DNA of 64,000 bases from Elusimicrobiota bacterium (GTDB taxonomy: Bacteria > Elusimicrobiota > Endomicrobiia > Endomicrobiales > JBDRNC01), in assembly GCA_043811535.1 (NCBI GenBank), contig JBDRNC010000008.1, positions 46,867 to 110,866 of the forward strand. Reading direction: 5' to 3'. The notes beneath the pieces were generated by a model that searched no databases, had not been told where the DNA came from, and was given only the letters and a program-made list of their open reading frames with translations. Shown here one piece after another: positions 36,617-47,188 of this stretch (position 1 is the first letter of the stretch; every line of letters begins with the position of its first letter). Both the position numbers and the translations under genes were made by a program.

Positions 36617-38491
36617 ATGAAAATAAAACATATCGCATTATTCGTTTGCGCAGTATTCGCTTCAACACTTGTGTCAGCTCAGGATGACGTATTTTTAAGC
36701 CTTACCAGGAAAGCAAAAGACATCAAGGAAATGCCCACGAACGTGACGGTGATAGGTGAAACTGAAATAGCCGCCAAAAAAGCGGAAAATGCCGGGGAAA
36801 TCATAAAAAATACGGTCGGCCTGACGTCCGGACAATACGGGCCGTCTTTCGGAGGCCAATTTGACGTCATGCTCCGCGGCTCGTCCCCGGAAGAAGTCCT
36901 CGTGCTCATTGACGGCCGAAGGATCAACAACCCGTCCATGGGCCTTGTCAACATGGGGCTCATACCCGCGGAAAACATAGAGAAAATAGAGATAATCCGC
37001 GGCGGAGCCTCCGCGATCTACGGCACGAACGCTTTCGGCGGCACTATCAACATCATCACGAAAAAGCCAAAAGACGACGCGCCAAGCGCGGAACTCGGCT
37101 TTAACGCGGGGAACTTCAACACCCAGGGATACAGGCTGAACCTCAACGCCAAAAAGGGAGCGCTGTCGGGTTTCGCGTCCGCCGGAAAGTCTTTATCGGA
37201 CGGTTGGCGGGACAACTCAAAGTTTGACGGGCGCAACTTCTCCGGCAGATTAGGATACGAGGCGGGAGCCGCGGGCAATTTTGACCTGTCCGCATCCATC
37301 GAGGCTTCCGATTACGGCACGCCGGGACCGGGCGCGACGCTGGACAAGTACGACGGAACCGTAGAAAAAGAGTCATCCTCCGACGGCATTTACAAGGACT
37401 TTAAGAATTATTACAGGCTCGAACAATCGCTGGCTTTGGGCGAAAACCTGATAAAAAACTCGGTCTATTCATCCCTGTCCGACTCCAATTACAGCGAAGC
37501 GCTGAACTTCAAGGACAACGATTACAAGAACTTTGTATTCGGGGCCGAGTCCCAGTTCATACACGAAATAGGATTTACGGCAGGCGCGGAATGGTGGGAG
37601 GAATCCTATAAGAACGGCGATAACATAATGGACACTACGCTTGTAGACAAAAGCAGGGTAAACGCCGCCTGCTACATCCAGCAGGAACTGAAAGCCGGAA
37701 ATTTTGCTTTCATACCGAGCGCGAGATACGACAGCAACTCCGTCTTCGGAAGCGTCTTCAGCCCCAGAACAACGATTACGTGGCAGGCGTCGGACGCGCT
37801 GAAACTCTCCGCGAACTCCGCCAAAGCGTGGCGCGCCCCCACATTCAACGAGCTGTACTGGGTCAGGGAATCTTTCGTATGGAGCGGAGTCACGTATATA
37901 ACGGAAGGAACCCCGGACCTCGTTCCCGAAGAAGGGATTACGTCGGACCTCGGCGCGGAATACACCTTCAGCGCGTGCAAGGCCGGCCTCACCGCATTCC
38001 TCACCGACAGCCGGAACCTGATCTCGTGGGATTCCACGTTTGACGCGGCGACAAACACAAGCTTTTACAAGACAGCTAATATAAACAAGGCGAAACAGAC
38101 CGGAGCCGAGTTCACGTTTGACCATAAACTTGCGAGCGGGCTCTACCATTCGGTCAATTACATGTACCTGTGGGCGCAGGACACGGTTAAAGAAGAAATG
38201 CTGATATACAGGCCAAGGAACACGGCCAACTACAAAATAACCTGCCTGACGCCTTTTGACACGAGATTCGACGTTTCGGCCCAGTACGTCAGCGAACAGG
38301 AAACCGGAGAAACTTACGCGTTCCTGCCCGAGTACACTCTGGTAAACTTCGGGGTATCGCAGAAAATCCGCGACACCGAACTCTGGCTGAAAGCCAATAA
38401 TGTCACCGACAAGAAATACCAGACGCGCAACAAGTATCCGCTGCCCGGCATAAATTTCAACGCCGGCGTGACGGTGAAGTTCTGGAATTAA
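36617..38491 (+). CDS. btuB: TonB-dependent receptor, BtuB-like
   Basis: Plug VLVLIDG..IEKIEIIRGGASAIYG, APTFNELY; downstream of a B12 riboswitch. Confidence 0.88.
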   Translation: MKIKHIALFVCAVFASTLVSAQDDVFLSLTRKAKDIKEMPTNVTVIGETEIAAKKAENAGEIIKNTVGLTSGQYGPSFGGQFDVMLRGSSPEEVLVLIDGRRINNPSMGLVNMGLIPAENIEKIEIIRGGASAIYGTNAFGGTINIITKKPKDDAPSAELGFNAGNFNTQGYRLNLNAKKGALSGFASAGKSLSDGWRDNSKFDGRNFSGRLGYEAGAAGNFDLSASIEASDYGTPGPGATLDKYDGTVEKESSSDGIYKDFKNYYRLEQSLALGENLIKNSVYSSLSDSNYSEALNFKDNDYKNFVFGAESQFIHEIGFTAGAEWWEESYKNGDNIMDTTLVDKSRVNAACYIQQELKAGNFAFIPSARYDSNSVFGSVFSPRTTITWQASDALKLSANSAKAWRAPTFNELYWVRESFVWSGVTYITEGTPDLVPEEGITSDLGAEYTFSACKAGLTAFLTDSRNLISWDSTFDAATNTSFYKTANINKAKQTGAEFTFDHKLASGLYHSVNYMYLWAQDTVKEEMLIYRPRNTANYKITCLTPFDTRFDVSAQYVSEQETGETYAFLPEYTLVNFGVSQKIRDTELWLKANNVTDKKYQTRNKYPLPGINFNAGVTVKFWN

Positions 38492-38494
38492 AAC

Positions 38495-38572
38495 GATTGC
38501 ACAGATTATAAACGAAGATTACACAGATTATTAATGAAGATTACACCGATTACTAACGGAGATTCCACAGAT
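38495..38572 (+). repeat. Orphan GATTNCACNGAT array, 4 units, 22-nt period
   Basis: Units at 38495, 38517, 38539, 38561, starting right after the btuB stop. Confidence 0.9.
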
Positions 38573-38646
38573 AAAACAAATCCCCTGTATTCCACTTCCG
38601 AAGTGGCGAAGCCTCTTCGGAAGTGGCAGGGTGGCGAGGTCATGCA

Positions 38647-39189
38647 ATGCTTAAGAAACTGCCGTTGAGCGAGTTCTACCATCTCATCAACCACGGGCCG
38701 TGCGTCCTGATAACGTCCGGAAGCGCGCAAAATGCCAATGTCGCGCCCGTCGCGTGGACGATGCCGGTCAATGACGACCCTCCGATGCTGGCGATATCAG
38801 TCGCTGAAAGCCATTATACTGCCGAGTTGATAGGAAAAACCGGCGAGTTTGCGGTCAACATACCCGATAAAAAGATGCTTGCCGTTTTGATGTCGGCGGG
38901 AAAAGTATCCGGCAGGAAGGAAAATAAGATCCGAAAATACGGTATCAGTATTCAGGACGGTATTAAGATATCAACGCCGCACCTTGAGGACGCCATCGGC
39001 TGCATAGAGTGCCGTGTCAAGGAAAAGCGGGTTTATGAAGGGGTCGTGGTCATCATTGCCGATGTGCTGCACTGCGCGGTTAAAAAGGGGCTTTACGACT
39101 CGTACTGGATAACGCCTAAGGCTAAGACCCTGCATCATCTGGGAAGCGGATATTTCTGTACTCCGGGGAAGAGATTTAAATATAAATAA
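38647..39189 (+). CDS. Flavin reductase family protein (flavoredoxin-like)
   Basis: GPCVLITS, NVAPVAW, EFAVNIP, HHLG. Confidence 0.85.
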   Translation: MLKKLPLSEFYHLINHGPCVLITSGSAQNANVAPVAWTMPVNDDPPMLAISVAESHYTAELIGKTGEFAVNIPDKKMLAVLMSAGKVSGRKENKIRKYGISIQDGIKISTPHLEDAIGCIECRVKEKRVYEGVVVIIADVLHCAVKKGLYDSYWITPKAKTLHHLGSGYFCTPGKRFKYK

Positions 39190-39252
39190 TAGTGCTTAGA
39201 GAATAGGGATTAGTGGATAGGAGTTTAATCCCTGCTCACTATTCTCTATTTC

Positions 39253-41382
39253 CTAGGTTTTATCTATCTTAAAGAGCTTCACGGCAATTACCGTAAACAC
39301 AACGCCGATCACCGAGCCGATCGCGACATCGACCGGAAAATGCACTCCGACGTAAATCCTGGAAAGCCCTGTAAAAAACGCTATCGCGAAAAACAGCACT
39401 ATCCACCAGAATTTTCTGACTTTGTAAGCCAGGTATGTCGCGGCGCTGAACGCCGTTTCGGCGTGACCCGAGGGGAAAGAGCTCCCGAAATGCCTCTCGC
39501 CGAAACTGTTCACAAGCCCGCCCCATAACGCCAGCGGCCTTGACCTTCCAATTATGTCCTTAATCAGCGCAATGATTATCCCGCCCGCCAAAAGTATGCC
39601 CGCGAATATCATGAACTCCCGCCAGAATCTATCTCTTCGCGTCTTCCAAAGATAATATCCCATGCAGAACGCTATCATCACGAGTCCCGTGTTCAGCCTT
39701 AGCGTGGCATCCAGCGTGCTCCAGTCGCCCATGACAAAATCCAGGAATTTGTTCTCCAGCCTTTTATTAATGAACCAGAAAATCCTCTGGTCCAGCTGGA
39801 TAAGCCCCTGCTTCAGCGTCACCTGCGGCCCCGCTATCAACGAGGTGTATTCCCATGGAAGCCGCTTAAGGTCGAATTTCCTGCCGTATGTCAGCCAGAA
39901 TATCCTTATCTTCCTGCTGTTCCTGAAAATTTCCACCGGCTGCGCCGGTTTCCATGACCTGAAAGGATAGATAGTCTGCGGTTCCGCGTAGAAAAAATCA
40001 TTGCAGACAAATATGCCGTCGCGCCCGTCAAGATTACCAAGATCTCTCTGCCAGAAATCAAAAGCGTCGGGGCGCGTGCTCAGCGCGTAAACCCGCGGAT
40101 GCTTGGGCGTGTAAAACTGAAGCTGGGCCGCTATGTAGTGAGTTTTTGTGAATATAAAAGGCTTCGGTTCCGGAGATGCTTCGATGATTTCGTTTATCTT
40201 CGCGCCGACCTCGCGCCACCCGTAAATGTCATTCGTGATGTCGATCTTTTCGGCCCTCGCTATTCCGTTCTCTATCTTCGCCGCCTCGTCCTTCGGGATC
40301 AGCCGCTCCACGGGTATCACCTTGAACATCGAGTGCAGGGGCATGATCAGTGTTATGCCGAGCGCAACCGCCCACCCGGCTATCAGAGTATTCCTGAACC
40401 ACAGTTTATTCCAGAACCTGACCGAATAATCCGCGACAGCTATCATAAGGACAAGATAGCCCATCGCCGGCCAGTGAGGGAGTATCTCCTTGAATAAAGC
40501 TACTCCGTTGAAGAGAAAGAGCGTGGGAACTGAAAATGAAAGCAAGAACAGCAGTTTTTCGTCGCGTGCTTTGAAATATTTCACCAGGGACAGCGCGAGC
40601 ACCGCCCAGGACACGATGAATATCACCGGCGAAACATATCCCGACTGCGCCGCCAGACAGCGCAGGAGCAGGTCCGGGCGCAGCAACTGCGGCGCCGCTT
40701 GTACGATACCGCGCTTTAATTGGAAACCGAAAGAGGCGAAGTTGTTCTGGAGGTTCCAGATCACGACCGGCAGGAATACTATGAAAGCGATTATCAGCGC
40801 CAGGTACGGCTCCCGGCGCTTCAGCCAGTGACGATGCTCTTTGGAAAATACCAGGAAGAGGAACAGCGACGGAACGAGCAGTATCGCGTTATATTTGCTC
40901 AATAGCCCGAGCCCGAGTATCAGTCCCAGGACATACCAGAGGTATGCCTTCTTCTCTTTCAGCAGTTTCCAGAAAACGAATATGAAAAGCATCCACAGTA
41001 TAGAAAGCGGCGAATCCGGTATGGACATCGAGGCGCCGAGGAAAGAGAAGACCGGCGTGAGATTGAGCATTACCGTTCCCCAGAAGGCCGTTTTCTCGCC
41101 GTACATGTCCTTTACCAGCCTGAAAAAAATCCACGAAAGCAGGAAGAAAAAAAGCACGGCGGAAAAACGCACGCCGAACTCGTTATTGCCGAATAAAACC
41201 GTTGTAGCCTTGACAATGTAGCCGATTGCTGGAGGATGGTCAAAATAGGAAAGTTCCGGATTCTGCGCGTAAACCCAGTAATGCGCTTCGTCCCCGCTGA
41301 GTCCGAGCCGGCCTATTATCAGCAAACGGATAAGTGCCGTTACCGCGTTTATTATCCAAAACCAGAGGTTGTAGTTTGACAT
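39253..41382 (-). CDS. ArnT/GT39 glycosyltransferase fused to a C-terminal PAP2 phosphatase
   Basis: DEAHYW, YFDHPP; C-terminal K..IGRSRP, SFPSGH, SRIYVGVHFPVD. Confidence 0.88.
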   Translation of the reverse strand: MSNYNLWFWIINAVTALIRLLIIGRLGLSGDEAHYWVYAQNPELSYFDHPPAIGYIVKATTVLFGNNEFGVRFSAVLFFFLLSWIFFRLVKDMYGEKTAFWGTVMLNLTPVFSFLGASMSIPDSPLSILWMLFIFVFWKLLKEKKAYLWYVLGLILGLGLLSKYNAILLVPSLFLFLVFSKEHRHWLKRREPYLALIIAFIVFLPVVIWNLQNNFASFGFQLKRGIVQAAPQLLRPDLLLRCLAAQSGYVSPVIFIVSWAVLALSLVKYFKARDEKLLFLLSFSVPTLFLFNGVALFKEILPHWPAMGYLVLMIAVADYSVRFWNKLWFRNTLIAGWAVALGITLIMPLHSMFKVIPVERLIPKDEAAKIENGIARAEKIDITNDIYGWREVGAKINEIIEASPEPKPFIFTKTHYIAAQLQFYTPKHPRVYALSTRPDAFDFWQRDLGNLDGRDGIFVCNDFFYAEPQTIYPFRSWKPAQPVEIFRNSRKIRIFWLTYGRKFDLKRLPWEYTSLIAGPQVTLKQGLIQLDQRIFWFINKRLENKFLDFVMGDWSTLDATLRLNTGLVMIAFCMGYYLWKTRRDRFWREFMIFAGILLAGGIIIALIKDIIGRSRPLALWGGLVNSFGERHFGSSFPSGHAETAFSAATYLAYKVRKFWWIVLFFAIAFFTGLSRIYVGVHFPVDVAIGSVIGVVFTVIAVKLFKIDKT

Positions 41383-41384
41383 AT

Positions 41385-41458
41385 TATTACCGATTACAGA
41401 TTACAAATTACAAATTAACGGCCTTTAATATGTAGTCTGTAATTTGTAATGTGTAATT
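41385..41458. repeat. Two-armed heptamer hairpin (ATTACAA ... TGTAATT)
   Basis: gattacagattacaaattacaaatt ... tgtagtctgtaatttgtaatgtgtaat. Confidence 0.8.
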
Positions 41459-42156
41459 TATCTGTTTAATTTTAACTTCCAAACCCTGAAAAGATATTGT
41501 ATCAGCATCGATGGTTTCAGTTTTGATACTCCGGCGCCGCGCGCCATGAATTCAATCGGGACTTCGGTTATCCTGAACCCGTACTTCCTTATGTAATGCA
41601 GTGATTCTGTTACGACAAACGGATCCCGGGCCTTCAGATGCGGAAGAATTTTCACCATGACTTCTCTTTTAAAAAGCCTGAATCCCGAAGCAGGGTCCTT
41701 CAATTTTACGCCGAGAACGAGCGCCAGGTATTTGCGCGCGAACTCGCTTATAATATTGCGCAGGAAAGTTCTTTGTTCATCCTTGCCGCCTTCCACGTAC
41801 CTTGAACCTATTACAACGTCATATTGTTCAGCGGCTTCCACAAAAGCCGGAATATATTTCGGGGAATGCGAAAGGTCGCCGTCCATCTCAACTATCATAT
41901 CGGCGCCCAGTTCCAGCGCGACCTTGAAACCGTCTATGCCCGCCCACCCGCGCCCGCGTTTGTCTTTTCTTACGAGCAGGTTTACCCGCTTATCTTTTTT
42001 GGAAATCTCCTCGACGATCTTATATGTGCCATCCGGCGAGAAATCGTCCACGACAAGAACGCCTATGTCCAGCTTCAGCGTTAGTATCCTGTCTATCACG
42101 ATCTGGATGTTTCCGGCTTCATTATAAGTGGGGATTACTGCGATGATCTTAGGCAT
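41458..42156 (-). CDS. Polyprenol monophosphosugar synthase (GT2, DPM1-like)
   Basis: IPTYNE, VVDDFSPDGT, MDGDLSH, GSRY. Confidence 0.9.
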   Translation of the reverse strand: MPKIIAVIPTYNEAGNIQIVIDRILTLKLDIGVLVVDDFSPDGTYKIVEEISKKDKRVNLLVRKDKRGRGWAGIDGFKVALELGADMIVEMDGDLSHSPKYIPAFVEAAEQYDVVIGSRYVEGGKDEQRTFLRNIISEFARKYLALVLGVKLKDPASGFRLFKREVMVKILPHLKARDPFVVTESLHYIRKYGFRITEVPIEFMARGAGVSKLKPSMLIQYLFRVWKLKLNR

Positions 42157-42189
42157 TGAAAGATTCCAAGATTTGAAAGATTAACTTCT

Positions 42190-43329
42190 TCATTCTTCCT
42201 TCTTCCGTCTTCCTTCTAGCAGTGCGTGCACTGCTTTAAGAATTGCTTCCGGTTTGATCATGTCCATGCAGCTCGGTTTCTTATCGCATTTCTGCAGGTA
42301 ACAGCACGCGCAGTTTTTAGGCGTGACAACCTTGATCCCGCGTTTGTACATCTCTATTTCCGCCGATGACGTCGGGCCGAATATCCCTATGACTTTTTTC
42401 TTCAGTCCCAATCCGGCGTGAAGCGCGAGCGTGTCCCCTGTAATGACCACGTCGCAAAGGCCAAGCAGAGCGAAAAAATCAGTGATTGAATTGCCGGTCC
42501 CGGCGCTTATTGCCTTTCGCCCGGATCTCCTGATAAGGGAAGCTATAAGTTCCTTTTCTTCGCACCCGCCGTATAAAACGACTTTAAATCCTCTTGAAGC
42601 TAAATTTTTGATTACCGCGATGGAACCTCTGTCCGTCCATTTCTTTAATTTCCATCTCTTGCCGGCGCCCGGATTGATGCCGATAACAGTTTTACCGGCA
42701 AGACCGTGTTTCCGCGCGAATGTTTTCGCTTTCAGGACCGAACTTCTGACAAGCGGCGTGTATATCTCGTAATCCGCCCGCTTCAATCCGGCTATCTTTG
42801 ACATCCAGTACTGGTAGGTTTTTCTGTTTTTCTTTTTTACGTCGTCAAACGCGCTCATCTCAAGCCAGTGTTTCGCGGCCGTGTTGGAGCACAGGATTTT
42901 CCGGCTATTGTCCAGCATGAAGCCGATCTTGTTTCTGGAAAGCGCAAGCCCCGCCAGGCTCAGGCTCTCGGGAGAAAGGTCCAGGTTTATCACATGGTCA
43001 AACCTGTTCGCGGCAAGATACTTGAAAATATTCTTGTCAAAGGGGAGGACCCTGTCTACGCGCGGATTGTTCTCAAGTATCGGGACCGAAACCGCGTCGG
43101 TTATCCAGGTGATATCGGATTTGGGGAATTTAATCTTCAGGCCGGGCAGTAAAAACGTGGTGCGCAGGACATCGCCCATCGCGTTGAGCTTGATTATCAG
43201 TATTTTTTTCTTTGCCGGGGATTTTCTGATTGGGGCATACTTTCCGCAATTGGAGCATTTGACGGCGCGTTTCTTGTGAAAAACGCACGGCCTGTCCAGC
43301 GGGAAATGAATGCAGTCGGTTTTAATCAT
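42190..43329 (-). CDS. Glycosyltransferase family 9 with N-terminal Cys cluster
   Basis: AMGDVLRTT, NPGAGKRW, TGDTLALH, FGPTS. Confidence 0.88.
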   Translation of the reverse strand: MIKTDCIHFPLDRPCVFHKKRAVKCSNCGKYAPIRKSPAKKKILIIKLNAMGDVLRTTFLLPGLKIKFPKSDITWITDAVSVPILENNPRVDRVLPFDKNIFKYLAANRFDHVINLDLSPESLSLAGLALSRNKIGFMLDNSRKILCSNTAAKHWLEMSAFDDVKKKNRKTYQYWMSKIAGLKRADYEIYTPLVRSSVLKAKTFARKHGLAGKTVIGINPGAGKRWKLKKWTDRGSIAVIKNLASRGFKVVLYGGCEEKELIASLIRRSGRKAISAGTGNSITDFFALLGLCDVVITGDTLALHAGLGLKKKVIGIFGPTSSAEIEMYKRGIKVVTPKNCACCYLQKCDKKPSCMDMIKPEAILKAVHALLEGRRKKEE

Positions 43330-43517
43330 GATTATTGATAATGATACAATTTTGAGCACAAAAAGTCTATATTTAATTGCCGTATGTGACCTACATTACT
43401 GCAATTAAATTGAAATGCCCGTCAGGGTACGAAATCCCGCCGACGGCGGGGGAACACAAATTTTCTATCGCGGCAAGGGGATTTTGAGATTACCGTCAAA
43501 TGATGTATAATACGCCA

Positions 43518-44309
43518 ATGAACACTAAATTTAAAGCATTACAATTAAAGCTGCTTCAAATGAAACGCGTGCTCATCGCGTTTTCCGGAGGCGTGGATTC
43601 TACGTTCCTTCTGCATGCCGCCGTCAAGACGCTTGGCAGGAAGAATGTCCTGGCGGTGACGGCTGTAAGCGAAACCTACCCGAAATCCGAGCTGAAACTC
43701 GCGAAGAAGATGCTTAAAAGAACCGGCGCGAGGGGGATATTTATAAGAACCTCCGAGTTGAAAAACAGTAGATTCGCGTCAAATCCGCGTGAAAGATGTT
43801 TTTACTGCAAGGACGAGCTTTTCAAAAAACTCTCCGCTCTTGCGAAAAAAAACAAAATGATTCTGCTCGACGCGACGAATTATTCCGACAGGACCGACTT
43901 CAGGCCCGGGAGGAAAGCCGCGATGAAGTGGGGGGTCAAATCACCTATTGCTGAAGCAAAACTGACAAAAGACGAAATTAGAAAGTTGAGCAGGAGATTC
44001 AAGCTCCCCACGTGGGACCTGCCGGCGCAGGCGTGCCTGGCTTCCAGAATACCTTACGGCGTAAAAATCAGCACGGCGCTGCTTGCTAAGATTGAAAAAG
44101 GGGAAGCATTCATAAAAAAACTCGGCTTTACCAATGTCCGCATAAGAAGCCACGGCAATATCGCAAGGATTGAAATAGACAAGAAACAATTTAATAAACT
44201 ATTGGATGGAAACATCCGCAGTAAAATATATGCCTGCCTCAATAAACTCGGCTGGAGCTATGTCTCCGCCGATATCCTCGGTTACCGCACGGGTAGTTTG
44301 AACAATTAA
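43518..44309 (+). CDS. larE: ATP-dependent sacrificial sulfur transferase, LarE family
   Basis: AFSGGVDS, RCFYCK, DFRPG, ACLASRIPYG, GYRTGS. Confidence 0.88.
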   Translation: MNTKFKALQLKLLQMKRVLIAFSGGVDSTFLLHAAVKTLGRKNVLAVTAVSETYPKSELKLAKKMLKRTGARGIFIRTSELKNSRFASNPRERCFYCKDELFKKLSALAKKNKMILLDATNYSDRTDFRPGRKAAMKWGVKSPIAEAKLTKDEIRKLSRRFKLPTWDLPAQACLASRIPYGVKISTALLAKIEKGEAFIKKLGFTNVRIRSHGNIARIEIDKKQFNKLLDGNIRSKIYACLNKLGWSYVSADILGYRTGSLNN

Positions 44310-44410
44310 CAGTTAACAATTATCAATTACCAATGAACGACCAACAACGGGAATAGGACATCAAGAATGATTATTGATAATTGCTAATTGGTAATTGTTC
44401 ACTGCTATTG
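44300..44410. repeat. Two-armed heptamer hairpin (AACAATT ... AATTGNT)
   Basis: aacaattaacagttaacaattatcaattaccaatg ... attgataattgctaattggtaattgttc; supplies the larE stop codon. Confidence 0.8.
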
Positions 44411-44436
44411 ACACTCCCTGATTAAAATAATAGAAT
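44408..44436 (+). promoter_or_regulatory. Sigma70-type promoter
   Basis: TTGACA-17-TAGAAT. Confidence 0.65.
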
Positions 44437-44572
44437 TGCTGACACATTTAGAACTCAGGAACTAGAAAATAGAGAATAGTGAATAGGAAAAAATACGGCA
44501 AGAAAAAAATGCCTTGAATAGTGCAGAAATTGCTGTAATAATATTGGATATTACAAATCACTGTTATTAAAG

Positions 44573-46027
44573 ATGAAAAACCAGAACAAAGCGCCATTAT
44601 TCGAAACTCTCCACGCTCACGCAAAAAAACAGGTGACATCTTTCCACACGCCCGGCCATAAGAACGGGCACAGCATAGACCACCACCTCCGCTCTTATAC
44701 AGGGAAGAACGTCTATTATTTCGATGTTACCGTTTTTCCGGAAGTGGACTCTCTCCACGACCCGACAGGCCCGATAAAAAAGGCCCAGGAACTCGCGGCG
44801 CAGGCGTACGGCGTCGAGCACTCGTTTTTTCTCGTTAACGGCTCGTCTTCCGGGAACATGGCGATGTTTCTCGCGACCTGCAAGCCGGGCGATTCCGTTA
44901 TCGTGGCCAGGAGCGCGCACAAGTCGATAATGTCGGGTATCATACTGGCCGGCGTCTGGCCCATCTGGATACAGCCGAAAGTTGATCAGAACCTCGATAT
45001 TATATTTGACGCTTCTCCGGATCAGATAGAGGAAGCCCTCAACCAGTTCCCCGAAGCCAAGGCAGTATTCGTCACAAGCCCTACCTATAATGGAATTACA
45101 ACCGACCTGTTTAAAATAGCCGAGATATGCCACCAGCGCGGGAAAGTCCTTCTTGTCGATGAGGCCCACGGCGCGCACCTTAAATTCCACAAGGACCTGC
45201 CGGTTTCCGCGGTTGAGGTCGGCGCGGATATCTGCGTTCAGTCAACGCATAAGATACTGTCGGCTCTGTCGCAGGGCTCAATGCTTCATTTCAACTCGGA
45301 CATCGTGGATTACAACCGCGTGAGAAAGATAGTATCGCTGCTTCAGACAACGAGCCCGAACTACCTTATACTGGCCAGCCTTGACCTCGCGCGCAGGCAG
45401 GCAATGCTCAGCGGCGAAGATATGCTGGACAAGGTCATCAAGGCGGCTGAATCCGGCAGGCAGAGGATAAACAAGCTCAAGAATTTCTACTGCTTCTCTC
45501 GCCAGGAGATCCAGCGCCAGGGCTACGACCTTGACCCCACCAAGCTCACTATTAACGTCACGCGCACGGGTTTTTCCGGATATCAGATAGAGGACATCCT
45601 CTCCAAGGAATATAATATTCAGGTGGACTGCGCGGATATTTTCAACATGATAGCCATTATGGGCATAGGTTCCACAAAGAATGACGTGCAGCAATTGGTT
45701 GAAGCGCTTGAAGACATAGACAACAAATATAAAGGGCACCAGCAGAACTGGATACTCCAGATACCTTCGCTCGCGACTGAAATGGTCATGATGCCGCGCG
45801 ACGTTTTCCTCGCGGCTAAGATAAAGCGCGTGCCTTTGCCTAAAGCCGCGGGACACATCGCGGCGCAGACGCTGACGCCCTACCCACCGGGCATCCCCGT
45901 GGTAATCCCCGGCGAGCGCATAACAAAAGAGATCTGCGAATATCTCATGGATATGACCGAAAAGAACATACGCATAAGCGGCCAGGAAACGGAAATGCTC
46001 AGGACGGTCAAGGTCGTGGACAATTAA
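44573..46027 (+). CDS. Orn/Lys/Arg decarboxylase (PLP, class I)
   Basis: FHTPGHK, VDEAHG, QSTHK, TTSP, PYPPGIP. Confidence 0.93.
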   Translation: MKNQNKAPLFETLHAHAKKQVTSFHTPGHKNGHSIDHHLRSYTGKNVYYFDVTVFPEVDSLHDPTGPIKKAQELAAQAYGVEHSFFLVNGSSSGNMAMFLATCKPGDSVIVARSAHKSIMSGIILAGVWPIWIQPKVDQNLDIIFDASPDQIEEALNQFPEAKAVFVTSPTYNGITTDLFKIAEICHQRGKVLLVDEAHGAHLKFHKDLPVSAVEVGADICVQSTHKILSALSQGSMLHFNSDIVDYNRVRKIVSLLQTTSPNYLILASLDLARRQAMLSGEDMLDKVIKAAESGRQRINKLKNFYCFSRQEIQRQGYDLDPTKLTINVTRTGFSGYQIEDILSKEYNIQVDCADIFNMIAIMGIGSTKNDVQQLVEALEDIDNKYKGHQQNWILQIPSLATEMVMMPRDVFLAAKIKRVPLPKAAGHIAAQTLTPYPPGIPVVIPGERITKEICEYLMDMTEKNIRISGQETEMLRTVKVVDN

Positions 46028-46069
46028 GAACAGGGTCCAGGGTCCAGAAACAACAAAATATCATATTAA

Positions 46070-46740
46070 ATGAAAAGATATAGACTTATATTGATTTGTC
46101 TACTAATCGCTCTTTCTAATAATGCTTACGCCGGCATCGGCATTTTCAACAAGATATACGCCGGTCTTTTCATTCCCTATTACAGCATCGGCGGGGATTT
46201 TGACGGCACGAAACTGCTCACGGACGGCAAGGAATTTTTCTACGTGCCCAAGGTTGAGCCCGCCGCCGGATACGGGATCGTTCTTGGCGCGAGGGGAAGA
46301 TTTGTTGAATCCGAAACCAGCCCTATTGATCTCGCGGTGGAAGCTTCAGTCGCGATGTCAAGACATAACGCGAGCTGGCTCGGTAATCCCGCAAACGTTT
46401 CTTACACGGAGATTAAGTTCGACGCGAGGCCGTTCTTTCTCGCGAATAGGAGGCTGCAGCCGTACCTGGGATTGGGACTTTCTTTCGGCCTGCTGACCGC
46501 GGAAATCTTTCCGCGGACGCGTCCGGGACAGGGAACGCCTTATACAACTTAACATCTTTAGATTTGGAGGGAGGCGCCGCGTATTTCATCACGAACAAGC
46601 TTTCCGTTGAGTTGGGAATTACGATGGAACTGGGAAGTTTCTACCAGGCGACGGGTGTTACTAACGAGCCCAAAACAGTTCAAAACGGGCTGGATCCGCA
46701 GTTGACGTATCCGGGGTTGAAAATTAATTATTTATTTTAG
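46070..46740 (+). pseudogene. Outer-membrane beta-barrel protein, frameshifted near 46502
   Basis: ORF stops at 46552; the -1 frame continues NLSADASG...PGLKINYYF* to 46740. Confidence 0.75.
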
Positions 46741-46843
46741 ATAATATGTAGCCGCAAACTGTGCTCAATCCCGATTCGCGAAGTAAGATCCCGACATTGG
46801 GACTTCTCGGGATTTCACAAACAGCCATTCAAGGAGCTATTTA

Positions 46844-47185
46844 ATGAACAAAAAAGAAATGGAAAGATTCAACAAGATCCTGCTCGAAAAACGCGAAGAC
46901 CTTCTGAAAGTCGTGAAATCCAAGAAAGAGAACGATCTGATTGAGGTCGAAATAGGCGACGAGATAGACACGGCATCCGCGACAAGCGAAAAAGAGCTTC
47001 TTTTTGAACAGACTGACAACGAGAAGATCATCCTCGATGCGATCGAATCCGCGCTCCGCCGCATAGAGATCGGAAAATTCGGCATGTGCGAATCCTGCGG
47101 GCTGGACATCAAGGAAGGCCGCCTCAAGGCCATCCCATGGGTAAGATACTGCATCGAATGCCAGAACAAGGTTGAAAAAGGATAA
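46844..47185 (+). CDS. TraR/DksA family transcriptional regulator
   Basis: GDEIDTA, C4 zinc finger CESCG..RLKAIPW.RYCIEC. Confidence 0.92.
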   Translation: MNKKEMERFNKILLEKREDLLKVVKSKKENDLIEVEIGDEIDTASATSEKELLFEQTDNEKIILDAIESALRRIEIGKFGMCESCGLDIKEGRLKAIPWVRYCIECQNKVEKG

Positions 47186-47188
47186 ACA

